64,000 bases of DNA from a virus, in the IMG/VR virus record IMGVR_UViG_3300032676_000934, positions 3,388 to 67,387 of that record. The stretch is one strand, 5' to 3'. The translations under genes were made by a program, and so were the position numbers. Under the pieces are notes generated by a model that saw nothing but the letters and a program-made list of their open reading frames with translations, was not told the origin of the DNA and ran no database searches. Of this stretch, positions 19,514-29,267 are shown piece after piece (the first letter of the stretch is position 1; each line of letters opens with the position of its first letter).

Positions 19514-21026
19514 CCGGGTCCGCTTCCGGCGCGGGCGCCTCGGTCGAGGCCGCGTCGATGTCCTCGTCGGTGATCTGCGTGAACACGCCCGTGGTGTCGG
19601 CCATCTCGCGCAGTTCGCGCATCACGACGTCGCTCGGCAGGGCCGGCTCAGCGGTCATGATGGCCTGTGTCCGCTTCAGAGCGACGTCGGCCTTCTCGGC
19701 CTCGCTCATCTGCCACAGCGGCTCGAACTCGAACCCGATGTCCTCGTCGATGGCGCCGAACTCGGAGAGCTGCACGAAGCCCAGAACCCGCTTCAGGTTC
19801 TCGCCGAACAGCTTCTCCTGATAGGCATGGATGAAGTCGTAGAAGACCCGGACCTCGCCATCCGAGGATGCGTTCAGGCCCGAGGGCGTGACGCCGAGCA
19901 GCTTGACGAGCGGGATGCCGCAGACGCTGGCGATCTGCTCCTGAGCCTGGGCCTGGAGCTTGTCGAGTGTCCCAAGCGGCGTCGAGACATTGAAGAACTC
20001 CTCGCCCGTGTTCAGGGCCATGAACCCGCGGTTGTCCCGCATGTTCACGAACAGATCTACGCGGTTCTGCAGGTCAGCCGTGCCGCCTGCTGCCAACATG
20101 TTGGCAAGGTCCATGCCCTTGACGCCGCTCACAGAGAACGCGGCGATCAAGTCCGACACATCCTCACGGGTTCGCAGCCAGTTTGCGACATAGGGCTGGG
20201 CCATCTGCGTCATGGCCAGGCCGCCGAACGCGTAGGCCGACTTGAGCAGGTCCGGCACCTCGCGACCGACGAAGGTCAGCAGCCGGCTCCGGTGGATCGC
20301 CTTGCCCTGCACGTACCACGTCTGAGGAACGTACCAGTCCGCATCCAGCGGGTTGATCGTGTTGTAGCTCTGCGGGTAGGCCCAGACGGCCTCGACCGGC
20401 TGCAGGCGCAGGAGCTTGCCCTTGCGAACCTTCTGACGACTGGCGGCGTCCCGACCGTTGCCGATCGGCGCCTTCAGTTCGTCTCCGACTTGATCGCCAT
20501 CCAGGGCGATGTAGAGGTGCCCGCGACCGAAGAACCCGTCCCCCTCCGCAACCCTGCGGAAGGCGTCTCGCACGTTCAGGCGTTCAAGGGCATCGGTCAG
20601 CAGGTCGACGCGTTCCTGGGTCTGCTCATCGCCCTTGCGGTTGACAAGACGGATCCACTTCCGCGTCATCTCGGTGGCGATCGTTTCCACGATGCGCCGG
20701 TACTCGGGACGCTGGGCCATCGCCGACAGCGTCGGGTAGCCGAGGAAGTGCTGGCCCTCCAGCGCGGCGTCGATCTGGCCGGCGGCGAGGACCTGAGCGG
20801 CCCAAGCCCCCGTGGCCGAGAGCGCATCATCCTGGGCGAGGCTGACAGCCGGCGTGGCGCTGCGCGGGAACTCCGGCAGGGCGAACGGGTCGACCCTCGC
20901 AGGCTTCGGCTTAGCGAACAGCGCCACATGCTCCCGCGTCACCTTGAGTGGAGCGATGGTCTCCTGCTTCTGTGTCGGGGCGGCGTTGACCCGGGCTCGG
21001 GCTCGCCGCTGAGCGCGCTTGGTCAT
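19431..21026 (-). CDS. Portal protein (DUF1073-like)
   Basis: 531 aa after TerL; EMTRKW, IHRSRL, GIPLVKLLG.TPSGLNA motifs. Confidence 0.85.
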   Translation of the reverse strand: MTKRAQRRARARVNAAPTQKQETIAPLKVTREHVALFAKPKPARVDPFALPEFPRSATPAVSLAQDDALSATGAWAAQVLAAGQIDAALEGQHFLGYPTLSAMAQRPEYRRIVETIATEMTRKWIRLVNRKGDEQTQERVDLLTDALERLNVRDAFRRVAEGDGFFGRGHLYIALDGDQVGDELKAPIGNGRDAASRQKVRKGKLLRLQPVEAVWAYPQSYNTINPLDADWYVPQTWYVQGKAIHRSRLLTFVGREVPDLLKSAYAFGGLAMTQMAQPYVANWLRTREDVSDLIAAFSVSGVKGMDLANMLAAGGTADLQNRVDLFVNMRDNRGFMALNTGEEFFNVSTPLGTLDKLQAQAQEQIASVCGIPLVKLLGVTPSGLNASSDGEVRVFYDFIHAYQEKLFGENLKRVLGFVQLSEFGAIDEDIGFEFEPLWQMSEAEKADVALKRTQAIMTAEPALPSDVVMRELREMADTTGVFTQITDEDIDAASTEAPAPEADPDADQPDGAEPLPDRSDDLLPELPQAAE

Positions 21027-22264
21027 CCGTAGCGGCGACGGCCCAGACCGAAGGCGGCTGCCTGCTCGGCCGAGACGATGAGGGGCTTGGCACCCCGCAG
21101 AAGCTCCACGGCATACCGCAGGGCGTCGATGACGTGGTTCTTCTTGTCCGCTAGCACGGGCAGCACCTCGCCTGTGAGCGGGTCGGTCTTGTAGGCGTAT
21201 AGGGTCAGCTCATCGATGGTGTGCCGGCAGTTCGGATGCACCACGATGTCGTAGGACTTCAGGAACTCGATCCCGTCCTCTACCGACCCCTGCCCTTTCG
21301 TGGCCGGCACCAGCTTGGGATAGCCATGCCGCTGTAGGTAGGAGATCGTCTCAGGCCGAGCGCTGTCGGCTCGGATCGGCCACTTGCGGGCCTGACCATC
21401 GTCCAGCGTATCGAACAGGGCCGGCGTCCGGTCGATCTCGCAGCCGACCTTGTAAACCTCGCGGTCGACGTAGAGCGTTCGCCCTTCAGTGAAGCACCGG
21501 ACCAGCGTGGTCGGGTCGACGCTGAAGCCCCAGTCCGCGCCGTAGTAGAACCGGGCATCAGTCGGGGTGTCGAACGCCTCAACCCGCCAGTTGCGGAAGA
21601 CGCGGGCCTCGCTGTTACGCTGGTAGCCACCCAGCCAGATGTGGGCGTACTTGTCAGCGTCGCGCCGCTGGTCGTAGTCCTTTTCCTCGACCAGTTCGGC
21701 CGGCAGCCACGGGTTGTCCGACCAGTTGGCCTCGACCACGATGCTGTTCGGAACGCGGGTCTCGCCGCGGAGCAGCGTATCAACCGGGTCCGTGGCCTTC
21801 GACGGGTTCCATGAGAACCACAGCTCCGAGCCCGGCATGCGGATCGTGGGACGAAGCAGATCCAGCGAGCGCTGCGACAGCGACTGCGCCTCTTCCACCC
21901 ACGCGACCCTGAACCCCTCCAGCGACTTGATGCTCTCCGCTGTGTGGTTCTGCATGCCCTGGAATACGATCAGGCCGCCGTTGTCGACCTCGATCCTGGT
22001 GTCCAGCACGCGGAAGCGCGAAGCCACGCCGAGACGGTTGATCTTGTCCTCAAGGAGCCGCTTGACCGACTGCTCCAGCGACTTCTGGATTTCACGAACG
22101 CAGACCGCCCGGGTCGGCTGGATCAAGCACTCCTCAATCAGCATCTCGCCGAAGAAGTGCGACTTGCCGGAGCCTCGACCGCCGTGCGCGCCCTTGTAGC
22201 GAGCCGGCTGCAGGAGCGGCAGGAAGACCTCAGGTGTCTCGATCTGGAGGACGGACGATGACAC
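21023..22264 (-). CDS. terL: Terminase large subunit (PBSX-type)
   Basis: Walker A GGRGSGKS, Walker B WVEEA, GADWGF, NHVIDALRY. Confidence 0.95.
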   Translation of the reverse strand: MSSSVLQIETPEVFLPLLQPARYKGAHGGRGSGKSHFFGEMLIEECLIQPTRAVCVREIQKSLEQSVKRLLEDKINRLGVASRFRVLDTRIEVDNGGLIVFQGMQNHTAESIKSLEGFRVAWVEEAQSLSQRSLDLLRPTIRMPGSELWFSWNPSKATDPVDTLLRGETRVPNSIVVEANWSDNPWLPAELVEEKDYDQRRDADKYAHIWLGGYQRNSEARVFRNWRVEAFDTPTDARFYYGADWGFSVDPTTLVRCFTEGRTLYVDREVYKVGCEIDRTPALFDTLDDGQARKWPIRADSARPETISYLQRHGYPKLVPATKGQGSVEDGIEFLKSYDIVVHPNCRHTIDELTLYAYKTDPLTGEVLPVLADKKNHVIDALRYAVELLRGAKPLIVSAEQAAAFGLGRRRYG

Positions 22265-22514
22265 GCTCGATCTTCACGATGTGCTGGACCGGGTTCTCTT
22301 CGTCGCCCGCGATCTGCATCGGGAGCACTTTGCCCAGCAGCGCTAGGAACGGCCCCGGCGTGTCGATGGCTCGCTCAGCGAGGTAGTTCGCTATCCCCTC
22401 ATCACCGCCGCCGCCGGCCGTCTGAGCGGCCTTGAGGATCGCATCCTTGAGCAGGGCGGTGGTTTTGTTCGGAACGCCCTTCGGACGCCCCTTGCCGGCG
22501 TTCGGAGGGGTCAC
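22230..22514 (-). CDS. Terminase small subunit-like protein
   Basis: GKGRPKGVPNKTT..LKDAI; FLALLGKVLP; directly upstream of terL. Confidence 0.7.
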   Translation of the reverse strand: MTPPNAGKGRPKGVPNKTTALLKDAILKAAQTAGGGGDEGIANYLAERAIDTPGPFLALLGKVLPMQIAGDEENPVQHIVKIERVIVRPPDRDT

Positions 22515-22538
22515 AGCAGATCACACTAGTTTGGTGAG

Positions 22539-22961
22539 TTAGCCGCGCTTACGCTTCGCAGCCGTGTCCTCGGCCGAAGGCTCGGGATCAGAGCCATTGG
22601 CAGGCGCAGCATCCCCGGTGCTCTCGGTCGAAGCCGGCATGTCACTGGACGAGGCAGGAGCGGCTGCGGCGGTCTCGGCCGAGGGAGACGGCGCAGCAGG
22701 AGCCGGATCGGCTTCAGCGGGCTTCTCTTCAGACGCTACGGGCATCTCACCCGTCGCCATGACGGTCGCGGTCTGGACGATGGCGTCCATGGAGGTGGTA
22801 AGATCGGACAGAAGCGGCATGGCAGCAGCCAGCTTCTCCTTGACCGTACCCATGTCAGGGGCGGCGTTGGCTTCCGCGAGAAGGTCGAGGCCCTTGGCAT
22901 GCTGCTCGGCGACATTGGCGCAGAGGCGGCTGAGGGCGATCTTGTGAGCGTCCTGCGTCAT
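22539..22961 (-). CDS. Hypothetical protein
   Basis: 140 aa, helical N-terminus and low-complexity tail. Confidence 0.55.
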   Translation of the reverse strand: MTQDAHKIALSRLCANVAEQHAKGLDLLAEANAAPDMGTVKEKLAAAMPLLSDLTTSMDAIVQTATVMATGEMPVASEEKPAEADPAPAAPSPSAETAAAAPASSSDMPASTESTGDAAPANGSDPEPSAEDTAAKRKRG

Positions 22962-23142
22962 GGATGGCTCCTGCGTGTCAGATCTCTGAACTCGCTATCA
23001 GCCGTATCAGCCTGAGCGATGCGGGCCAGATGCTGGCGATCGGTCAGGGCTGTGGGCTGTGTGGCTCGGCGAGGGCCAGCGGCAGCAGCACGGGCGATGC
23101 GAGCATGGCTCAGGGAGAGGAGGGTGTCGGTGGGGCGCATGG

Positions 23143-23538
23143 TCAGACCGTGTGCGTGCCTTCGACGCCACGGGCCATACGAGCCCGAGTGCGTGACAGC
23201 AGCGCTTCTTGCGCGGCCTCGACGTGTTTCAGCGCCTCAGCATTCTCAACACAAGCGTAAGGACCGGCCTGGAAGGCCTGAAGACGATCAGCAACAATCG
23301 CCAGCAGCACCTCTTGCGTGATGCCGTTCACGCCCATCTCGCCGATCGGGCCGTTCTGGAACAGCACCTTGAGGCATGTCTCATCTCGGCAGGTGCTATC
23401 GGCGGACGGATTGTTCAGCGTGTGAAAGCCATAGACGGCATAGAGGTGATTGGCACCTCCAGCGCCTGGCTGGTCATGGACCTGAACGGTGAGGGTGTCG
23501 TTGGCCAGATTGACCTTGTGACTGGTAATCTCACGCAT
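23143..23538 (-). CDS. tad1: Tad1-family cyclic-nucleotide sponge (anti-Thoeris/anti-CBASS)
   Basis: FQNGPIGEMGVNG...RLQAFQAGPYACVENA.A...RT..R.ARGVEGT matches the Tad1 signature as I recall it. Confidence 0.8.
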   Translation of the reverse strand: MREITSHKVNLANDTLTVQVHDQPGAGGANHLYAVYGFHTLNNPSADSTCRDETCLKVLFQNGPIGEMGVNGITQEVLLAIVADRLQAFQAGPYACVENAEALKHVEAAQEALLSRTRARMARGVEGTHTV

Positions 23539-23902
23539 CTCGTGCTCCCGTCATCAGGTCGAAGCCGGCGCAGATCCATGCTGCGTAGAAGTGGCTCGGC
23601 AAGAACAGCCAGGTCAGGACGGCGTCTGGGTTCGGCATTGTCAGAACCCTGCGGTCTCAGCGAGGATGGCGATCAGGGCACAGGCTAGCCCAGCCGAAGC
23701 GATCACAGCGCCGAGGGCGAAGCCGGACAGCGCAGGATGCTCAAGCACCCAGGCTTCCATCAGGCGCGCTCGGCGGTCTCAGCCATCACCCGGCGCCGAA
23801 TGCCGGGTAGCTCGATCTCACCGTCTGCAACCTCGTCCCAGTCCTCGGGGAGGAGGTCGTCGGGATCACGGTCTAGCCGGACGTCGGAGAGATCGTCTTC
23901 GT

Positions 23903-24247
23903 TCAACGACTGATCACCAGAATTGGCATGTCAGTTGCCGTCACGACGGCGTCATCTCGCTCATCAAGCGGCATGAAATCGTCTTCGTGGAACGCCTGCT
24001 CCTGATCGGGGCCGTTCGTGGTCAGCCGAGGCTCGTTGCGGATTTCCTCAAAGATCAGCCCAACGATGCCGGGCGCCTCAGTCCAAGGCTTGCCCCCAAG
24101 TTCCGAGGACCCCATAACGATATCGCGGATCGTGTAGATACCACCGGTTACCGGCACATGCTCGGGGCAAAGCTCCGGCGGGATATCGGGAAACCACACA
24201 GCCTCGGCGGGCTTCGTGCAGACGACGCGCATGCCGATCTCGAACAT
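23903..24247 (-). CDS. Hypothetical protein
   Basis: MFEIGMRVVC...GGIYTIRD, a common small phage protein. Confidence 0.6.
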   Translation of the reverse strand: MFEIGMRVVCTKPAEAVWFPDIPPELCPEHVPVTGGIYTIRDIVMGSSELGGKPWTEAPGIVGLIFEEIRNEPRLTTNGPDQEQAFHEDDFMPLDERDDAVVTATDMPILVISR

Positions 24248-24522
24248 CAGGCGGCTCCGCTCGTGATGGCGTCCATCGCGGCCTTTAGCTCATCGACTCT
24301 GTCGGAAAGCTGCTGGTTCTCGCGGGCGTAGCTGTCGCAGGCGCGCTCGGCGCTTCGGAGGTGCATCGCGATTGCCGCATCCAATCGCTTACGGGCTTCA
24401 CTGGCGGCGTTCGCGGCCTCGGATGAGGCTTGGGTGCCAATTCCAAGCTTGCCCTCTCTCAGGGCTCGCAAATGGAAAATGTCGATTGCCGCTGCGATGT
24501 CGGCCGGGATGGTCTCGGGCAT
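24247..24522 (-). CDS. Hypothetical protein
   Basis: First ORF after the late promoter; coupled to the next gene. Confidence 0.5.
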   Translation of the reverse strand: MPETIPADIAAAIDIFHLRALREGKLGIGTQASSEAANAASEARKRLDAAIAMHLRSAERACDSYARENQQLSDRVDELKAAMDAITSGAA

Positions 24523-24691
24523 GGCGAGGTCCGGCGAAGGCTAGCGGAATTTGGTGGCAATGCGGGCGGGCTACTCGCCACGGGTCATCTGAGGAGACCA
24601 AAGCGAGCCCGACCGAGGGCGGCGGGGTATCCCCTCATGGCCCTATGCGCGGAAGGCACTGCCTTTTGGCCCGCACAACGTCGTGGCGAGA

Positions 24692-24719
24692 ATTATAGAA
24701 GCGCCAATCGATATGTCAA
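24692..24719 (-). promoter_or_regulatory. Late (pR'-like) sigma70 promoter
   Basis: Minus strand TTGACA-N16-TATAAT; palindrome TTGATAG-N7-CTATCAA at 24724-24744 just upstream. Confidence 0.75.
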
Positions 24720-24745
24720 GCATTGATAGGCACTGTCTATCAAAG

Positions 24746-25582
24746 TTAGGCTCGGCGAAGGGCTGCCGGCGCCTTGTGCATCGGGCGATCAAGGTTCTCG
24801 ACCGTTTCCAACGACACCTCGACCAGCGCCATGCCGCCGAAGACCGAGGTCAGGATCCGGAAGCGCCCTCGCCCGTCGTTGTCGTTGTCGGCCGTGCCGG
24901 TAGCGCCTGCGAAGGGGCCTTCGGTGATCTGGATCCGGTCGCCCTTCGCGACGGCTGGCAGGGCTGCCAGACGCTGAGCCTCGGCAGTGCGTGCCTCTCG
25001 GAAGGCGATCAGGCTCTGGCGCTTGCGCTCGTCAAACCAGCCCTCGCGCTCCTCGTCAGCCATGGGGGCGATGCCGCCGAGCGTGCCGTTCGCCGTCGTG
25101 TAGCGGATCGGCATCGGGACGGGGTAGCCGTTGTTGCCGAGGCAGGACAGGACGCCGATCGGCGACGCCGGCTGGTGCCGAGGCTTGATCGTCGGGCCCC
25201 AGGCATCAGGCAGGACAGGGTAGTCTGCGCCTGCCGCGTCCGTCCGCCATTCGGGGTGCGGCAGGTGCGCGAAGAGGTAACCTCTGAACAGGGGCCGCTG
25301 CAGCTCGGTCAGGTACAGGTCCCTGCCCTTTCGACGCCGCTCCCAATAGGTCTCGGTCGGCACGTAGCTCGGGATGCCGGCCTCGCTGAGCCCATCCTGG
25401 CAGCGGTACTCGCCCTGCGGTACGGTGATGAGGCAGTACCAGCCCTTGCCGGCCTCCTTCTCGATCACGGGCGCTGTGCGACGCTCGTCGTGCTCAAGCG
25501 GGATCTCGTTGGCCTTGGCCTTCGGCTGGTTGTCGTTGTCCGGCTTGGAGCCGAGGTGCTTGCCGTACAGTCGGGCGCCCAT
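24746..25582 (-). CDS. NusG/RfaH-family antitermination factor
   Basis: NGN motifs WYCL.T.PQ.E and PLFRGYLF; KOW motif GDRIQITEGPFAG; likely start MGARLY. Confidence 0.8.
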   Translation of the reverse strand: MGARLYGKHLGSKPDNDNQPKAKANEIPLEHDERRTAPVIEKEAGKGWYCLITVPQGEYRCQDGLSEAGIPSYVPTETYWERRRKGRDLYLTELQRPLFRGYLFAHLPHPEWRTDAAGADYPVLPDAWGPTIKPRHQPASPIGVLSCLGNNGYPVPMPIRYTTANGTLGGIAPMADEEREGWFDERKRQSLIAFREARTAEAQRLAALPAVAKGDRIQITEGPFAGATGTADNDNDGRGRFRILTSVFGGMALVEVSLETVENLDRPMHKAPAALRRA

Positions 25583-25781
25583 GGTCTTACTCCGCTGCGT
25601 GATGATGCTGGATCTTGGCGCCGACGTACCAGCACCAACGAGGGGCCTCGACCCATTGCCGGTCGCCGATGAACCAAAAGAAGCTCGGCGTCGGATAGCC
25701 ACTGACAGGCTCATCCGGGTTGGCCCCGATGGAGAGGCAGTAGGCGCGGGCGTTGCGCTCTTGAGGGGTCACGCTTCGCTC

Positions 25782-26015
25782 CTAGAAGGGTATGTCGTCG
25801 TCCAGATCCGCCTGCGTTCCGCGGCCGATCGGGATGATCTCGATGTCGCGCTTGCGGACGGCGCCGATGGCCTCCAGCACGATGAAGGTCTTACCGGGAT
25901 GCAGGCGGGCAAGCCGCTCGGCCTCGCGAGTGGCAGCATGCGCGGATGGATGCTGCCACGTCGGCTGCCCCTGGCCGAGGCCGTAGACCATCCAGAACGG
26001 GTTCATTTCACTCAC
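25782..26015 (-). CDS. Hypothetical protein
   Basis: FWMV.G....P...H.S...A..EAERLA..HPG family pattern. Confidence 0.6.
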   Translation of the reverse strand: MSEMNPFWMVYGLGQGQPTWQHPSAHAATREAERLARLHPGKTFIVLEAIGAVRKRDIEIIPIGRGTQADLDDDIPF

Positions 26016-26713
26016 GCTCTCACTCCCTCGCTCTCTTGAGATCTCGCTTTGGCTTCGGCTTCTCTTAGGGTGGAGAGAGCTTGAAGACGGTCAGCGTGGG
26101 CGGTGCCGGCTTCGCGGGTTCGGTTGCCGGCGCTGGCCTCGGACAGCTCGGCCACGATCTCGGCAAAGCGGCGGGATACCTCGGCCCGCTCCTCATCGGT
26201 CGGCGGGGTGTAGATCTCGGCATCCAGCACCGCGTTGATCTTCGCGCGCTCGTACTGCGCTTCTGCGATGAGGCGGCGGCAGACAGCGGCGATCTCGCCG
26301 GGCTTGGGGGCATGGATCCCCTCCCCCTGATCGGCCGCCAGAAACTGCGCACAGGCCGCCTCTACGGCCCAGGCGGGGTACTTCGTCAGCGTGACAAGGA
26401 ACGCCTTCTTTTGAAGCTTCCGCGTCTCATCATCTACGTTCGGAACTGCCATTACCGACCGCAGCATCCCAACGGCTCGGACGATGACCGCCGCGTCACA
26501 GGGCTGAAGCCGCTCATCGAGGTGTTGGCGCCGATCGACCAAGACCGCACGCTGCTCGGCGGACGGCTCATCGGCCGCCGACAAGGCGCAGCGCCGGAAC
26601 TCGCCAGGGATCGGCTCCAGCTTGTTGTGCAGCCGGCTCGTCAAATCTGCGACCGCCCGGCTCACCGGAACGATCCCACGGGCCTGCGTCACGGCTGAAA
26701 GGGCGGTTGTCAT
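26012..26713 (-). CDS. Replication-associated protein (possible helicase loader)
   Basis: Follows the initiator; YPAWAVEAAC...APKPGEI motif. Confidence 0.5.
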   Translation of the reverse strand: MTTALSAVTQARGIVPVSRAVADLTSRLHNKLEPIPGEFRRCALSAADEPSAEQRAVLVDRRQHLDERLQPCDAAVIVRAVGMLRSVMAVPNVDDETRKLQKKAFLVTLTKYPAWAVEAACAQFLAADQGEGIHAPKPGEIAAVCRRLIAEAQYERAKINAVLDAEIYTPPTDEERAEVSRRFAEIVAELSEASAGNRTREAGTAHADRLQALSTLREAEAKARSQESEGVRA

Positions 26714-27497
26714 AGCGGCCTCCGGTGAGTTCGGCGTTCGCTTCGATGGCCTCGGCGGCCCAGAAATCGGCGGGCTTTGGCGGCGGGCGTTGCTTCTGGC
26801 GAGCATCACGTCCCGAGAACTTCACGTCGTTCCGGCACCACGTGCGCCACGCCGCCAGCCAGTCGGCCATGATGGTGCCCTTGCCGGCGTGGTAATCGAT
26901 GAACTGCGGCCAGATCACCGCCGCGCGGCTGGGCTCAACGCCGGCCTTGCGAGCCGCTGCGGTCTCATCCTCTGCCAGCAGCCAAGTCGGCTTGATCTTC
27001 GTCCGCCTCGGGCTCGGCGCCGCAGGCGCGCTCTCCGAACGAAGTGAGGAGATATCTTGAATGAGTTCAGTGCCTTTAATGTCTTCTTCTTTGCGTCGCG
27101 GGTGCGTCGTAGGTGCGTCGGAGGTGCGTCGCGTGTGCGTCGGCACGTCGGCTTCGGGTAGGCTAACCCGTTGAAAACGGTCGTATTTTAGGATCGTTAT
27201 GTGCGTCGCTTTTTTGTCAGCGGCCGCACAGATAATTTCACGCGAAATCAGGCGTCCGAGGTAACGGCGAACGCGAGCCTCAGACCACGACCATTTCTCT
27301 GCGAGGAAGCGGGTGGAGAAGGCGCACTGGCCGCGCGCAAGGTCGATGGCGCCGCTCCCGACACGGATGCGCATCGGCTTCCAAGCGGCCTGCCCAACGA
27401 GCCAAATGAACGCCTCTCGCTCGCTGAACTCGCCATCGGCAAAGTCAGGATCCGACCAGATGCCGCGGTCTACCGCGAAGACGCCGCGCTCGCTCAT
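26568..27497 (-). CDS. Replication initiator (lambda O-like)
   Basis: N-terminal wHTH (S.RFLA.KW.WS..RVRRYL), internal iterons, C-terminal DW.AAWRTW. Confidence 0.75.
   Translation of the reverse strand: MSERGVFAVDRGIWSDPDFADGEFSEREAFIWLVGQAAWKPMRIRVGSGAIDLARGQCAFSTRFLAEKWSWSEARVRRYLGRLISREIICAAADKKATHITILKYDRFQRVSLPEADVPTHTRRTSDAPTTHPRRKEEDIKGTELIQDISSLRSESAPAAPSPRRTKIKPTWLLAEDETAAARKAGVEPSRAAVIWPQFIDYHAGKGTIMADWLAAWRTWCRNDVKFSGRDARQKQRPPPKPADFWAAEAIEANAELTGGRYDNRPFSRDAGPWDRSGEPGGRRFDEPAAQQAGADPWRVPALRLVGGR
27092..27142. repeat. Replication origin iterons
   Basis: TGCGTCG at 27092, 27103, 27114, 27125 and 27136 (11-bp period) beside an AT-rich tract at about 27050-27091. Confidence 0.75.
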
Positions 27498-27769
27498 GAT
27501 GTCGCCTTCGACCAGCGCTTGCAGGCGGGGGACCGGCCGAGCACATCGCTGCAGTGGCCTCCGGTCCAGTAGGACTTCATCAGCTCGCACTTGAGATACG
27601 TGCGGGCTAGGCGATGCCGGTAGAGATGATCGCAGGAGCCGCAGGTCTCGCCAGCAGGCCCAGTACCGGGCAGCGCAGCGTAGCCCTTAGCAGTGCCGAC
27701 GCCGCGCATCTTCTTGCGCTCGGCCGGCGTCAGCGCGCGATCCTGAATGAAAGCGAGCATGTCGGTCAT
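27494..27769 (-). CDS. Cys-rich hypothetical protein
   Basis: GTGPAGETCGSC...KC...PAC. Confidence 0.6.
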   Translation of the reverse strand: MTDMLAFIQDRALTPAERKKMRGVGTAKGYAALPGTGPAGETCGSCDHLYRHRLARTYLKCELMKSYWTGGHCSDVLGRSPACKRWSKATS

Positions 27770-28338
27770 GCGGCTTCCCCGTCAGTTGCCGGGTGCTCAT
27801 GAGGGAAGTTCAGGCGCGCAACCGGTCCAAAGAACGCCAATGCTGCCTTGTCATAGGCGCGGGCAGCCTCCTCAGGAGTTTTGAACCATCCGAGGTAGCG
27901 GCGCTCGGGGTCAGCTATACGCGCCTGATAACCAATGCGATGGTTGCGTTCGCGTTTTTTCTGCACGCCTTTGTAGCCGTTCGCATTCTTGCGTGCTGAA
28001 TTGCGACAGTTCTCGCTTCGCGTCGCTGCCCTCAAATTGTCCCGTCGGTTGTCAAGCGTGTTGCGGTTCTTGTGATCTACGTCCCCGCTGATGGCCTGCA
28101 ACGCTTCGCGATGGAGGTGGATGGTCTGGCCTGTGCTGAAGCACGTTTCACCCACGCGCCGACTACGGCGGGCATAGTACTGGTGCTGAGGGTTTGTCCC
28201 CGCCATCCAGTGAGATGCTTCAAGAAGGTGCCGGTCTAAAGGGGAAACCAGCGTGACAAAGCCTTTTGTCAAAGGGGACCACGAGTGATCACCGCATGCG
28301 CAGTCATGTACGACCGGTGGGGAGCTACGCCGCCGCAT
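27766..28338 (-). CDS. HNH-AP2 homing endonuclease
   Basis: VDHKNRNTLDNRRDNLR plus YLGWFKTPEEAARAYD...ARLNFP. Confidence 0.85.
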   Translation of the reverse strand: MRRRSSPPVVHDCACGDHSWSPLTKGFVTLVSPLDRHLLEASHWMAGTNPQHQYYARRSRRVGETCFSTGQTIHLHREALQAISGDVDHKNRNTLDNRRDNLRAATRSENCRNSARKNANGYKGVQKKRERNHRIGYQARIADPERRYLGWFKTPEEAARAYDKAALAFFGPVARLNFPHEHPATDGEAA

Positions 28339-28645
28339 AATCCACCTCGCTAAAAAGGTCTGCAGCGGTATCGTCGCTGGGCTTGGCGGGAGGAGACGGG
28401 CAGTCGCGACGCGCGATCTCAGCCTCGGCAGAGGCGATGCAGGACGGGTCGGCGCAGGTGAGTACCCCCGCCGTCGTCAGCGTCTCTCCGTAGCCGTAGC
28501 AGGAGCGCTGGCCGCAGAAGTGACACCAGCGCTCAAGACGGGCGCGGGCGGCGTGCTCCTGCTGCCAACCGATTGACGACAGGTTCTCCGTTCGGAAGAA
28601 CAACCCGGCCGGCCCCGGCTGCGTTGGGTCGAACGGCCGCTTCAT
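28325..28645 (-). CDS. Hypothetical protein
   Basis: Coupled ORF with CxxC. Confidence 0.5.
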   Translation of the reverse strand: MKRPFDPTQPGPAGLFFRTENLSSIGWQQEHAARARLERWCHFCGQRSCYGYGETLTTAGVLTCADPSCIASAEAEIARRDCPSPPAKPSDDTAADLFSEVDYAAA

Positions 28646-28929
28646 GCGGCACCCGTGACTGCCACATAGCTCTGCGCATTGCCGTCACCGAACAGGCCGG
28701 CGTCGCATGGAACGATCAGACCGCTTTCGACGGCCTGGCGTGCCGAAACCGGGCCGCACTCAGACCCGCTCGGCTCAAACCACCACATCAGAACTTCATC
28801 GGTCTCGCCGATGGCCCGCGGCCGGTAGGCCTTGCAAAGCATCTCGCCGGCTTTCAGACGGTCAATGACGCGAGCAACCCGCTTCGGAAGCGGCTTCGGC
28901 TCATCAGCCTTACGCTTAGACTTGCTCAT
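28642..28929 (-). CDS. Hypothetical protein
   Basis: Likely start MSKSKRK; overlapping start/stop. Confidence 0.5.
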   Translation of the reverse strand: MSKSKRKADEPKPLPKRVARVIDRLKAGEMLCKAYRPRAIGETDEVLMWWFEPSGSECGPVSARQAVESGLIVPCDAGLFGDGNAQSYVAVTGAA

Positions 28930-29267
28930 GCCGCGTCCTTTCTGATGCTGAACCGGTTCTCTCGTCTGGCAGCGGCAGCATTGAGCTGCGCCAGCACCTC
29001 GTCGCTGCCAGTGGCCGCATCCCACTCAGGGTCGGCGCCGGGCATGCGGTGAGGCTTGTAAAGTGGCTCCCAAGGCGCCTTGCGCATAAGCCGCAGATAA
29101 ACTTCGATGACGCGCTCTCGCGTGTCTGTCTCCAGACAGGCGCGAAACTCTCCCGCTAGTCCTGAGCGCTTCCAGGCCTTGCAATGACCATCGCTGTAGC
29201 GCGAGATAGTTAGGTAGCCAGCCTCAAATTCAGCTAGATAATCGGCGGTTCCGGCGAGGATGGTCAT
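28926..29267 (-). CDS. Hypothetical protein
   Basis: Coupled ORF. Confidence 0.5.
   Translation of the reverse strand: MTILAGTADYLAEFEAGYLTISRYSDGHCKAWKRSGLAGEFRACLETDTRERVIEVYLRLMRKAPWEPLYKPHRMPGADPEWDAATGSDEVLAQLNAAAARRENRFSIRKDAA

Noticed and set aside
19431-21026. Possible anti-CBASS Acb1 label for the DUF1073 protein
   Set aside because: Size, motifs and position after terL indicate a portal protein.
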